Part shown: positions 13,361-37,592 of the stretch, one piece after another | Numbering within the stretch: the first letter of the stretch is position 1 | Layout of the letters: every line of letters starts with the position of its first letter | Assembly (NCBI RefSeq): GCF_018977255.1 | Contig: NW_024704748.1 | Coordinates: 13,702,001-13,766,000, forward strand | Source: Callorhinchus milii | Lineage: Eukaryota | Direction of reading: 5' to 3' | DNA length: 64,000 nt | Made by a program: the position numbers and the translations under genes | Notes under the pieces: model-generated | What the model was told of the DNA's origin: nothing | What the model saw: only the letters and a program-made list of their open reading frames with translations | The model's database searches: none

Positions 13361-13594
13361 ATTTCTGATGACAGGATTAATCTCTGCCATGAAACCACTC
13401 ATTATCGCATAGCTGTCACATATTAAGCACAAAAGCACAAAATAGCCAATTGGGGGAGACAAGATACCCCAGTATCTGCACCCAGTGAATGGTAGGTATC
13501 CCAGTAAGAGTTCAGGATAGGAAGATGAGCCGCGACCTTGTGAATTGTATTATATTTTGATTATTTTGTTGTAATTTTGAGCCACGACCTTGCT

Positions 13595-14720
13595 CTTTTC
13601 TTTCTCGCCATTCCCTCTTTGAACTCCTCCAATCCGGCTTCCGCACTGCCCAGCACGGAAACAGCCCTGGTCAAAGTCATTAATGACATTCTGAACATCT
13701 GTGATCAGGGCTCCCTCTGACTCCTTGTCCTCCTCGACCTCTGTTGCCTTTGACACAGTTGACCACTCTATCCTCATACACCGCCACTCCTCTTTACTTA
13801 ATCTTTGCAGACCTGCCCTTGCCTGGTTCGATTCCTATCTCTCTCACCGTCTCCACTTTGTTGCCTCTAACAATTTCTCAAGTCCCCGCGCTGTCATGGC
13901 TGGTGTCCCCCAGGGCTCTGTCCTTGGCCCTCTCCTCCTTAATATCTATATGCTTCCCCTTGGTGACATCATCCGCAGACATGGGGTCAACTTCCATAAG
14001 TCCTGGATGAGGGCAAATTTCCTTCAGTTGAATGTGAACAGTTGAGGCTCTCCTGATTGGCTCGCACCAGCGCCTCTGCACCTCAGGCTCTGGCAGCATC
14101 AACCTCCATGGTTGCACACTTCAACTCACCAGCCAGTCAGGAACCTAGGTGTCTTGTTCAACCCTCAACTGCCTTTTCTTCCCCACATCCAAGCCATGAC
14201 CCTCTCTGCCTTCCCTCACCTCTATAATATCGCCCGAATCCACCACTACTTCACCCCTCAGGCCCCTGAAACTCTTGTTCATGCCTTCATCACCTCCAGG
14301 CTCCACTATGCATGTCGGCTTTCCCAACTCCTCCCTGCACAGGCTGCAGATAGTCCAGAACTCTGCAGCCCATGTCCTCGCCTGCACCAAACTCCGTGAC
14401 CCCACCCTACCACTGTGACCTCCTAACCCCCTACCGATCAGCCTGCTCCACATCCCCTGACCCACCCACTCCACCATTGGCGGGAGAGCTTTCAGCCACT
14501 CTGCCCCACAACCTTTGGAATGCCCCAATCACTCCGCCTCGCCCCCTTCTTAGCCTCCTTCAAGTCCCGCCTCAAAACCCTCCTCTTCAACCATGCCATT
14601 GGCCACCCCCCTTCCCCTCCCCTCTCCCGCCCGTCAGGGTCTGAAATGCTGTAGACTGTCCAGCGCTTTGGGATGTCTTCCTGACGTGAAAGGCGCTATA
14701 CAAATGTAACCTTGTTGCTG
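13595..14720 (+). mobile_element. L2-clade LINE RT/3' fragment with several internal deletions
   Basis: [25 protein letters not shown]; L2 tail gcgctttgggatgtc...gaaaggcgctatacaaatgtaaccttgttg. Confidence 0.9.
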
Positions 14721-15459
14721 TAATTACAGTATTACAAACTTTTACTCACTGGAGAATTTACAGAAATGTGAGATACTAAATAAAGACGGATCTGACAAAA
14801 TTAAAGCAGTGATTTCTCACTATGAAACAGCACTATGCATAAAATTCATGATAGAATCATAGAAATTTACAGTGGATTAAGCCATTTGGCTCATCTGGTC
14901 TGCATTGGCTCTCAGAACAAGCTGTTCTTTCAATCACACTGCTCTGTCCTCCTTGTCCATTATCTCATCTCTAAAGAAAAATTCCAATTCATCCAGTCTT
15001 TCTTGATAGCTGTATCCACTCATCCACAGTAACATGCTTGTAAATATATACTGTACTCTTTCCACTGCTACAATCTTTCCTGTAAAACACAATAATTTTT
15101 AGTAATGGTAATAATTTGCATTTATATATGTAAAAATAAGTCTTTTGAATCACATTACAAATACTGTACAATTGATGAGAAATGCAGTGAATATTATTCT
15201 GCAAACATCAACTATCGGTGCTGGAAACATCCCATAAACTCTGGCATTGCCAATGCTCATCAACTCCCCTTTTTTTAATATACCAGACGAAACCAGACGA
15301 GTGTTGCTGGTCTCTCCGGTCTTGCCTCAGACTATCTCAAAGTACTTCTTTCATGTAAATGTATATTTTAATCACCACTAGCCTTCTGGACACAAGAGAG
15401 AGGTGCTCATTGATGCTCACTTGCTGGCTGCATCATGACTGTCAGCTATTTGTCCTTGC

Positions 15460-15750
15460 GGGTGCAGCCCTGCAACATAGTGGTTAGCGCGTTAACCTCG
15501 CAAGCGAGAGGCTTGATTCTCAGGCAGGGCGAAACCTTAGGCAAATTTATCAAATAAACATTGATAGGTAAACATTGGTGTGTGAATAAGGAAACTTGCC
15601 CAATGTTTTGCCATGCCTGAGATTCAAACCTAGGTCCTCTCGCTTGCGAGGTGAGTGCCCTGATCACAAAACTACAACTGGCTTCGTGTTTCACCTCCAA
15701 AATAAACAGTCAATTCACTTTACAATATATTCTGTCAAATGCTTTGAGCA
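15460..15750. mobile_element. Two tRNA-SINE heads in inverted orientation plus SINE tail
   Basis: + head at ~15460-15548 (cctcgcaagcgagagg...cagggcgaaacctt), - head at ~15580-15677, + tail cagtcaattcactttaca. Confidence 0.7.
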
Positions 15751-16509
15751 GCCAGTCAATTTGAAATTCAGGCATAGATTGACATTGTTGGAATTTGGAT
15801 TATTCACAGGATAAATAGGACAAATACTCCGTGTTTCTTTGCAACAGGAACAGAATGGTCCCCTTTATATCTACCATAATATAAAAATAACGACACAAGC
15901 AAGGAATGGAATGTCTGCAAATAACATGTTTGTAAGGTATAGCATGTTATAAAGGCAAATGTCCCACAGTCAGTGATGTTACCACTGAAGAAAAATAAGA
16001 AACTGAAAGGATGAGAAAAGAAAGATGAATCAAAATGCGGAAAAGTAAAAAAATCCTTGCATTTGATATATTGCGTTATCAAGTTGAATCGTCCCTGTAT
16101 AATGTAATGGCTATTTGAAGGCTAACACACCATTCCATGAACAGCCATTTAAGTACAAGTTCATTCACTTGCATGAACTTTTATTTTAAAAAAAACAGGA
16201 CTATTGGCTAATACGCTGAAACATAAGACAAGTGATACAAGACTCTCGTAAAAGTAACAGAACAAGCAGACGATGAGAGAGTTGGTGGCCTGGATCAGGC
16301 ACAGGTTTTTTGTTTGGTCGGCCAGGTGTGTGGCACATGCGGAAACCCATGCACTAACATGAAGAAAATTCGGTTAGAAGCCGCTCTCTGTACGGCCTTC
16401 GTTGTGCTTCAGATCGAATCGAACTGCGTTTGTTCTCGGTCCTGCTCTGTGCTGCACTTAACCTGTGAGAGAAGAGGCTTCCTAGGGCTGGGCTTTTTGT
16501 TAAAATACA

Positions 16510-16585
16510 AGTGTGTGTACTGTGTGTGTGGTATACACACACACACAGACACACATATATATATATATATGAAACACACACACCG
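16510..16585. repeat. Compound (GT)n/(CA)n/(TA)n microsatellite
   Basis: Directly visible dinucleotide runs. Confidence 0.85.
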
Positions 16586-16989
16586 ACATTTGCCAGCGCT
16601 GTGAACTTCAACAATTAAGTTCCGACTTCCAAGAAAACGTCGCACTGGCAACAGAGGATCACCGAAGTGTAGGCGGACCCAGAAATGGGTAAGCGAGGCT
16701 CGAGTTATTGTAGGAAGGCCGAGCCGAGCCGAGCCGCAGAACTCTCCAGGTAACTCGGAAAGGAGCCCTCTTCCCTCGCTGTTGTGTTCCTGCTTTGATG
16801 CCACTTTCTGCGGTGACGTATCAACTGTTGGGTTTAACCGTTTGTGGGAGGCGTTACCCCCCCTTTCCACACACACACCAACCTCCAGAATATGCTCTTT
16901 CTGATAGGCTCAGTTTGCATTTTTCAAATCGGGTTTTGAGAGACAGCTTTCCCCTTCCTGCTCTTTCCAGTCCATCCACACAACACAAC

Positions 16990-17061
16990 ACACACACAGT
17001 GGATTAACGGACAGAAATCCTAGTCGAAAGCAGCGAGTCGCCGCCATCCTTAAAAGGAAAG
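16990..17061 (+). other. MACROH2A2: Probable non-coding exon 1 of macroH2A2 (5' end uncertain)
   Basis: YY1-like motif followed by donor AAAG|gtaaaa (GT 17062-63); coding exon 1 is preceded by an acceptor (tccacag, 22517), so an upstream UTR exon is expected. Confidence 0.45.
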
Positions 17062-19169
17062 GTAAAACCGCCACTATTTTTCTTTCGGTGGGAGGGAGCA
17101 CATTGCCAGATGTCTTGCTCGGTTGCAGTGTGAATTGAAAGAGCCTTTTTATATTTTTTTTACACACACACACAAAAAATCACCCACAGTTGAGTCGCCC
17201 CGTGGGGGGGGGGTGGCAAGAAGTCTATTCAGACTGGGACTGTTTTAAAATGCAAGACGCCTCGTGTAGGTTTCTGTTTATCTCCCCAGCCGGGGCTGTT
17301 CGTACCTGCAATTCTAAGAAACGCAAACTCCTATGCTTTTTTTTTTGCCCCCCCCCCCTCCTCCCTCCCCCTCCGTCCCCCAATGGCGCGCTTTTTGATA
17401 GTAAAAACATTTCTCCTGTTGAACAGTGCGTTGGCCTCGTCCTCCCTCCATGAACCCCGCGCCTGTCCCCTGCTCGCTCTAGGCCTCGAGTTGGTTACTT
17501 TTTAATTTTGCAAATTGACCTGTTTGTTTGTCTAAGCGGTTTCTGGACTCCCGAATAAACCGTGGTTTCCAGCGACGCTCACTACTCACTCCTCGGCCCC
17601 AGCTTCAGGGGCTTCGATAAGCAGCCGGCCTTGGGCCGCGGCGGTGGGGAGTCAGGACGCGGCCTCCGGCTGGCGCTCACCTCCCGTCTTTGAATGTTTC
17701 TTCAGTCATTTTTACACCCAAAAAAAACCCTCCCCTCCCCTCCCTACCCCCCCCCCTCCCCCCCCGGACAGGTTGTTTTAATTAAAGTTAAGCGCTCGGG
17801 CTGCGGGGCTGTTATTGCATTCCCGGGCCCGGCTTCTCTTCCCTCCCCTCAACAATTGATCTCGGTGTAGGCCTCGGCTCCACCGTCGCCGTTTCTTGAG
17901 CTCCAGCGCCGTTTGAATTCTGACCGCGTTCGAATCGGTTAAAACCGTTGAGAGCCGCTCGCGCCCTTTTCTCTATCTGTCACCCACAAACCACACCTGT
18001 CCCGCGCTTTCTTTCCCAAGGATTGAACTCGTGCGGTGTGTCTGTGGGGTTTTGTTTCGCGGGGGGGGGGGCGCTACTTGAACCACATTTTATCAACAAC
18101 TTTTAAGATGTGGACCCCCAAACCCTCCCCTCAATATAACCCCAACAACGCCTTGGGCCTGTGGGTTCAAAGAAGCGCGAAGTTGCTCTGCTCCCCTCCG
18201 GGTGACTTTCCCCTCCTCCTGACATCGCAGACTGACTGCCCTTCCTCCCCGCAGGCTCTCTGCTTCAGCCGCCATCATTGGGAAGTCTGAAGATTTAAGG
18301 GGTGCAAAAATACAATCCTGCAGTTTTCTGCTGCCATACTCGTTGAAACTCTTATGTGGCGCCGACATTTCTTATGCACCAACCATACTCAGCGAGTTAA
18401 GTGCTCTTCCTGACTTCTCTCACTGTTCAGAGTTGATGGCGGTCAGGGTGGGGGGAGAGGTGTACATGTGCCTCACCAATTGTTTCCATCAAAATACTGT
18501 ATCTCGCTGTTTAGGCACCTTATGTTCTCATTGCCACCCACCCAAGGTAGTTCAATCTTTCAGCATTGAAGGTGCTTTGAACTAATTATATGGACACTGG
18601 GTCTAGTACAAGTTACTTTGGTATGACTTGAGTAACACATGAGAATTTATTTTTCTGGAGTGGGAGGGAAGAGAAGCGAACAACAGTCTGAAACACTGCT
18701 CGAGATTCAAGTAAAACGAGTCTTATTCTGTGAGTCTATAGCTGCAGGGGAGGTAGGGTCAGAGTGAAATATGTTATACTGCCAACAGGAGAGGAAAAGA
18801 GGAAGCGAGTGATGTTTTGGGGTTTTCCCCCATGGTTCATGGAAGCACCTGAAAAGAGTATTTGTGTCTAATTTAATAATGCATATGATTCCGTTGGGAT
18901 TTCTAACATGTTCAGTCATTTTTCCATTATCCATTACACTAACAGCTCTACCAGCGGGGAAAAACAATTTACCAATATAATGAAGATAATCCTTGCATTT
19001 GATCTACAGTCGTGCCTTTCAGAATCGGGAGACGGTCTCCGTTTCACAGGATTTTACCTGTAAATAGTTGTCATTGTACTTTGGAGGTGGTCAGACATTG
19101 AAAATTATTATTATTATTGTTGTTTTCTCCCCTTGCACCTGATTCTGATCACCCGAATGGTGGAACTAG

Positions 19170-19480
19170 GGAGACGAACAAAAAGTGTATTTGAGAAACT
19201 TGAGTCAAAAGTTAAAGGCGTCAGTGAAGGATTTGGTGCGAGATGGGACAGAGAACAATGAAGAAAAGTGGTCTTGGTCAGGGATTGGTGAGGAAGGATG
19301 GAGAATTGAGAATCGAGTTGAACTTGAAGGTTGGGCACTTGTTCAATGATTTTGAGACAGGTCAGGGAGGTTGAGGAGGTAAGAGAGAAATGATGAGCTG
19401 TTGGCAGGAGCTGAGGAATTAAGAGGCACAGAGAGGGTAAATAAAGGGCTGTGGGAAAGCGGATTAGGAGGGATGCAAAT
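19170..19480 (-). mobile_element. Degraded L2-like LINE fragment
   Basis: Purine-rich on +, resembling reverse-complemented L2 ORF2; no intact motifs. Confidence 0.35.
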
Positions 19481-21267
19481 TTATGTGGAGTTATAAACAT
19501 TGGCACTAATTGGGACGAGTGGCCTGTTTCCGTATTGTGACATTGAGCATAATTATTGAACCTTTTCATGAACTAACACCTTCATCTCAATTTATACTTT
19601 TCAGTGTTCCAAGAAGTTATCCTATGTGATGGATACTCTATAAAAGTACAGATTATTTGTGTGATCTAAAGAAGTACTTGCTTCCATTTCAGTGGATCAG
19701 CATTACATTAGTTTTGAGTACCGAACTGGATGTCTATACATTTTTAGAAAAGTCAGTGGTGGAGGAGTGAAATGACACCAATACGGCAGAAATTGGAAAT
19801 TGGCTGCTGCTTTGGTGACCTAAAACACAATTGCTATACTAAGACTGTGTGAGACACTTGGAGAGGTTTTGACCTAAGGTGCTATATCAAATTGCAAGGA
19901 ATATTATATACAGAAATATTCTTGATGCATTTAAAACATCTAGCTAAACATTCAAGACATGTTGCTTGTTTAAGCAGGATAGAACATTGGAAGATGCTAG
20001 ATTTGGTTAGACAAATTTAAATGTTTGCATCAATATTTAAATGTCCTTGGTTTCAAACTTGTTGCATTATATAATTAAATATGCCCAGTCAGTTTCAACA
20101 TAAACATTTTCTACGATGAGCAGATATTTGCTATGGAACAATTATTAGCTTTTTACAACTTAGATGTACTGCAATTTCTTACAACCGCTGGCTAAAATAC
20201 ACAGCATATCTAAATGCCTATGACACAGACAGTATTTTTTAAAATGGAAAGATTTAAAGTTCTTGTTAGTTTTAAACATTAATTTTATGTTATTAACAGG
20301 TAATCGGCACACACAATATACATTTATAATGTATAATTTATCAGCAAAAAAAATTCTATATAATCTGGTATTGAGACCCCCCTAAAAATGGAAAATGAAA
20401 CAAAAAATTGCCTTAATTGTTCTAGGAGCCAAGATCAAAAGCTGAAGATGAAGTTATACCACTTTACTATAATGGGTCTGCTTTGACAACCCACAATTTC
20501 ACAATAAAATGGACATTTTTTCCATGTTTGTACACCAGTCTCCATTAGCCTAGGGACAATATAAGAACAACTAGAGGCTTGAAATGCCTTTATTTGGTAC
20601 TGCAGTTTGAATTTGCAATATGAAAGTGGCATAAGTTATATTTTATAGATATTTTAAAGAGATTTCACCAATGGGAGGGGGAGATGATGTGCCTTTGCCG
20701 TTTGAAAAACACTACTTTGTTTTTCTGCCCCAATTACCATTTCTCTTCATGGAGAACTGAGACGGGGTAAAGAATGGGGGAAATAAATGATGCCAAGTAT
20801 TAATTACCATGTTGCGAATAGGTCCCATTACAGCAGCTTGAAGAACAGCTGCGACAAACAGGAGGCAGTCTGACAGTGGGGTCTTTCTTCGGCAAATTTA
20901 TTTATGAGTCGTAGCATCTACATGAAGAGGTAAAGAAATTTGAAATAGGTAAAATCAGGTTTTCTGTGAATTGCCAATAATCAATGTTTATAGTGGAAAA
21001 TGGGAGACACATTGCGAATCTGCTTGTGGAATTTTGTCTCCATTTTTCACTACATTTAAAGTTGTTAATGCTAGAAACTAGATCAAATGAGCAACATTTG
21101 GTTCACTCCACAGAGGTTATTTGGGATCTGGAGTCATCTTGAATGGTTTGATTTGCCAACCTGTTGAAACAACTGAGTATGGAATTCCAGGGCAAGGATG
21201 TTCTGGTTTTGCCTTTAGGTAAATGTTCAGAAGAAACTTTTTTTTGTTGGTCTCAGCTATACTTCAA

Positions 21268-21523
21268 TAAATATAATAATCCTTGGATTTGATAAAGCAC
21301 TTTTCACGTCTTCGAGACATCTCAAAGCGCTTCACAGAATATACTGTAAAGTGAATTGACTATATACTTGTGGGTGAAACACGGCAGCCAATTGCGGTCA
21401 GCAGTGTCCCACAAACAGTCGTGGATTGAAAATGACCAATTTTTTTTATTATTGTTTTGTTTTGGAGGGATTATTATTATTAGGCATGTAGAGTAAGGAA
21501 ACTTGCCCAAGGTTTCGCCCTGC
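21268..21523 (-). mobile_element. tRNA-SINE, 5'-truncated
   Basis: Reverse complement of the body and tail of the 8066-8392 SINE family. Confidence 0.85.
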
Positions 21524-22547
21524 CATACTACTTCCTAGTAGTAAAGCATTTTTCCTTATCTAAAAGTCTGGCTAACAACTAGTAAGACTCTTCACGCATA
21601 TTCATTGAAATCTGTTGGCGTGTTGGACAACATAAATTTAAACTACGATGATGCAAGACTTTTTTCTATATTGCCGTTTTTTGGGTGAAAATTTATTGAA
21701 GTTTGTTTCCTTAAAACCGGTAAAACAAAACAAATTTCCATATGATAAAAGTATCAGTCTTTAGATTCAATAACTGTTGCAGAGAGAAGACATAATGCAC
21801 TACGATTGTGATTTATGATGCACAGTGAAGAATCTTGTGTGGGCTCAAGAACCTATCAGTTGCTCTGACTTTAACCACTGACAACTTAAATTATCTTTAC
21901 TAAGATTTGTTAACATTAAATGTGTGGCAACACAATGGAAACCAAGCATGGAAAAAAGTCTAACCAGAATAAGTAAGAGAAGAGGCCAAACTGAATTAAT
22001 TTGAATAATCATCAGAAAGGCAATTAAAGGGATTCAAGTTAAATAAGCAGGGGAACATTTTTGTATTAAACATTTTTAAATTTACATTGGATAAAAAATA
22101 AATTATATTTTCAGGAAATTCAACAAAATGCATGTTAAAAAAAATGCAAATCTACAATTTAAAATCTGTTTGGTACCTGGTAATCCACAGACTTGCAGCA
22201 TCTCATGACTTGGATTTTGAACTGTGTAGTAATGTTCTGAACCAAAATGCTGAAAAGAAAGCTGCATGCTCATTACAGGCAGTATATATTGGTTGGTTAA
22301 TTGGCAACTTAATTCTCAGTGTCCATAGTCAGTGATGATTAAATCATTAAGGGAACCAGCTGTTCCTGTAAACCAGCTGATGACAACCAGTGACTTTTTC
22401 CATTGGTTTGAATGCAGTTGAAACCCTATTGATATAGCCTATCAGTTGGTAGCAACCTTATTTGCTGAATCATACATATTTTGAATAAGTAACTTTGGTC
22501 TTTATCTACATCCACAGTAAAAACAGGAATATAACCCAAAAACAAAG

Positions 22548-33970
<11,423 letters not shown>

Positions 33971-34562
33971 TACTTTGTTTTTAACATTTTTTTTAAAATG
34001 AGAAATTGATTTGAATAGCAGGAAAGTTATGTGCAGCGATACAAATTTTTTGTGTGTTTCAGTAAATGAGAAGGTGCAGGGTATGAGTCTGATAGTTGTT
34101 TTGTGACTACATGAAATGTTTGGAAGTGTAACCTTTTGATTACATTTTTTATAGTACTCCCCTCCCAGAAGGAGGAAAAAAAGTTTTGAAATTGCAGAAA
34201 AATACAAAAGAAAACAACTTTGACACTGTGCATCTTTTGCATTTTTTGTGACTACCTTAATACTGAAAAGCTTAGATTTGGGGGAAGTAGTTTTTGTAGT
34301 TTGTAGTGAGAATCACAATGTATTGACACAGATTGAAGGCCTAAAGTGGAAGATATTTCGTAAAAATGCATTGTTAATCAGTTCATGTAACTGCAGTTTA
34401 AATATCCCTTTTGTTAATACAAAAAAGTTTCACATTCCAATGTGTATCGAAAAGTGTTGGAATGCGTTGAAAAGTATTGGACTGACTGACAGCAGATCAG
34501 TCGCATTATGTTACTCCCCCTTGTATAATTTGCTGTAGTTTGATAGTGTTAAGGCTTTTTTA

Positions 34563-34614
34563 AATAAAAAAAACAAAAAAACTACATCAGTCTTGGACAC
34601 TGATCTCGCAATAA
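34563..34614 (+). terminator. Candidate poly(A) signals of macroH2A2
   Basis: AATAAA at 34563-68 and ~34609-14, about 600 nt after the stop. Confidence 0.55.
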
Positions 34615-35386
34615 AACAGTTTGATGCTGTAAATGTTATATGGCAGTCATTGTTGATCAACAGAACTTAACTTTCAATGGCTTTCGCAGTGCAGAAAGGT
34701 ACACAACTTGGTTTTGTCATTTTCACATGTTATGCAATTCAAGAAAATCATATTTTCAAAATCAAGCAATAATTGTTACCACTTGCTTGGATCAAAAATG
34801 ACCTGGATCAATGGAACAAGCCACTTACACATTATCTCCTTTCTTTAATGCAATTATAATATTTAACCAGAAAGTTATGGATTTCATTAAGTTTTGGACT
34901 CCACATTGTTTTGAATAATCGGAAACCTGGAAAATTACCTAAATTTCTAGTTTGCACTTTTCTTGTCACTTCAAAGACAAATTTAGACAAGTGTGTGTTT
35001 GTGTATGTGTGTATATATATGTATACATACACACATAACCTTAAAAGTCAAGTGCCGTCCCAGATTTGAGCATTAGAGAGAGTGGGTAATTGTTTAATTA
35101 AATATGGATTCACAAATAGATCAAGTAAAAGATTGGGTCTTCACATTCATAAGCTTATGATATCTGTTCCTTCCTCAGGAATACCACTCAGGCATAACTA
35201 TCTGGCAATGGGTGTTTTTTTGAATTCTGTGCTTATTTGAGCTTCTTTGGAGATTTATTCAATCAATTAATTAAACTATATAAAGGATACAGGACATTCC
35301 TTCTTGATTTACACTTTCCTGCACAGAAAGTAGCTAGAAATTGGCAGGACCATGGTTTATTCTCCCTTGCTCAAACTCTTCGAACT

Positions 35387-35738
35387 ATAATAATCCTTGC
35401 ATTTGATAAAGACTTATTGGGTTTTTGAGACGTCTCGAAGCGCTTCATAGAATATACTGTAAAGTGAATTGATTGTATTATTTGTGTGCGAAACAGGGCA
35501 GCTAATTGTGCACAGCAGTGACCTACAAACAGTTGTTAATTGACCAAATTATTATTTTTTTTGAAGAGATTATTAACCCTGGAAAAGCGATCTGCCAATC
35601 GACTAATAACTAGGTTCCTACTTACTGTTAGGTAAACAGGAGTGTTGAGTAAGGAAACTTGCCCAAAGTTTTGCCCGGCCCAGGAATCAAACCCAGACTC
35701 TTGCTTGCGGGTGCTCTAACCACTAAGCTACAGGACAC
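35387..35738 (-). mobile_element. tRNA-SINE, long subfamily
   Basis: Same head and tail as the 8066 family plus an extra internal block (ggaaaagcgatc...taggttcctacttactg...aaacag). Confidence 0.85.
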
Positions 35739-36656
35739 CTCTTCTGAGGTCAGCTGAACCAATATAAAGGGATCAAGATTGGGCCATTTAAGATTTCTAT
35801 ATTATGTACCATAAAATACCAAGGTTTCATTTTGTTTCCATTAAATATACAGTGCCCTACTCTTGTCTTAATGGTATTTTACCCTCCCTGAGCTTTATCT
35901 GCCCGAACTGACAAGGTAAACAAGGTTTCTCCACGTTTATACCAATATGTCACTGGGTGTCATTGGCGAGCACGTTTATTACAAATGATTTCCCCTCCTT
36001 GCCTGGCATGAACCACCTATATGGTTGGGAACTCAGAAATGTGTGCTTAATACTATTTTCTGTCGCAGCTGATGCTCCAGTATGCTGTTCGATCATGTAA
36101 AGCCCTGAATGTTCAATAATATTTTTAAATTTGCAGTCAATTCAAATCAGCTCACAAGAGGTGTCCACTTACATGACTCTTGTTTGTTTATCAGGTATTT
36201 TACTCTTTCCTTCTATGTTTGTTGTTCAGACAAAATCTCCAAAGTTTCATTTAACTCATTTTCAATTCTATGCAGAATTGTATTCTTTCATAATTTGAAT
36301 TATAACTTCAGTGGAAAATTCATCTCTTCTGGCAGTGCAGTTTCTGTTCAGACAGAAATCTGCTCAATACGAATAGAGTAAAATATACAATCCTCCAGAT
36401 GGCTGAGTGAATTCCCCACAGATTGATCAGATCCATCTCCCAAATCGGGCTTCACATTATCTTAAGTCGTCCACACTAAGATGCAGAATTGAGTATTTGC
36501 CGTCTCCAGATGGACGATGAGGCAAGATTCTGCAAACTATTTTCTTGCAATTTGTAAAGAAGGATAACCTACATTAAATAACTATAAAAATAGATCATTA
36601 AATAACTATATCGATTTTGTTTCATAAATAATTTGTGTTTAGCACACTAGGATAAG

Positions 36657-37090
36657 TACAGTCCTACTCCACACATCTTGAACCCGTTTATGTCAACATC
36701 CTGCTTATATCGACAAAAAAAGTGAAATCCCAATCCCTTCCCTGCACATTAACACTGAGAACTTACCATTTGCGTCAACGTCGAGATAAACTCTGGCACA
36801 CTTACATCGACAAATTGTTTAGGTTCTTAAATGTTATTATTGTCGACAGTATACTGTATAATAGTCGTAAAATGACTAGTTTTACTTGCATAACTTTTTG
36901 TAAATAAAGTAGCAAAATGACATGTAAATTAATGAATTTTAATTAAATGTATGGCTATTTAAATAAATCAGTGTAAGTATATGGTACCGAAATTTTAATC
37001 ATAGAGTATCTATTGTACCCTTGTGACCACCTATGTCGACAAAACTTGAATGGTCCCTGACTTGTCGACATAAGTGGATAGGATAATATA
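36657..37090. mobile_element. Tc1/mariner (Tigger-like) MITE
   Basis: TA-flanked imperfect ends (tacagtcctactccac / gtggataggataata) and repeated internal tatgtcgaca/tatatcgaca motifs. Confidence 0.5.
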
Positions 37091-37525
37091 ACTATTTAGT
37101 TGCAGTGAAGGATATAATTGTTGCCAGAATTGAATGTTTTTCTCAAATTACACAGCCTTTTTTTGTGGATTTAATCTAGAAGGCTCTGATATTAAATTTC
37201 ATAGGTAATACATACCATATAAGTGATCCAAAGTTTTTGCTCCAAACATAAGCCTCCAAATTTGACAAGAAAATGCTGGCAGATATCTTCCAGCCTGCCA
37301 TTCAAGTTCCAGTCACAACATTTAACACTTGCACTTTTTTCTTATGGAAAAAAACTTTATTGGGTAACTTAAATAAGCCTTGTCAAGCTCTGATGTTACC
37401 ATCTGAAGCTTCAAAGACAAATAACTTCCTACATTTACATGAGACTCATTCCAAGTGGCAGCTGGTCTGAGCATTTGCTCTTAAATCAACAAACTGCCAT
37501 TTAAAGAATTACTTTACATTCGATA

Positions 37526-37592
37526 TTTATTACTCTGTAAAAAGTACATTTGATTTTTTTATCATTCTTAATTTATATACATCACCTTTATT
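37526..37592 (-). terminator. Candidate poly(A) signals of GBF1 (~1.8 kb 3' UTR)
   Basis: tttatt (AATAAA on -) at 37526-31 and 37587-92; no obvious repeats between here and the stop. Confidence 0.45.

Larger units (their letters stand above)
16300..18400 (+). promoter_or_regulatory. CpG-island promoter of macroH2A2
   Basis: Sharp rise in GC and CpG in an otherwise CpG-depleted window; YY1-like gccgccatc at ~17040 and ~18268; CRE-like tgacgt at ~16814; lies 4-6 kb upstream of the first coding exon. Confidence 0.8.

Noticed and set aside
16409-16876. 155-aa minus-strand ORF in the CpG island
   Set aside because: Runs through a microsatellite and GC-rich promoter DNA, with no recognisable domain
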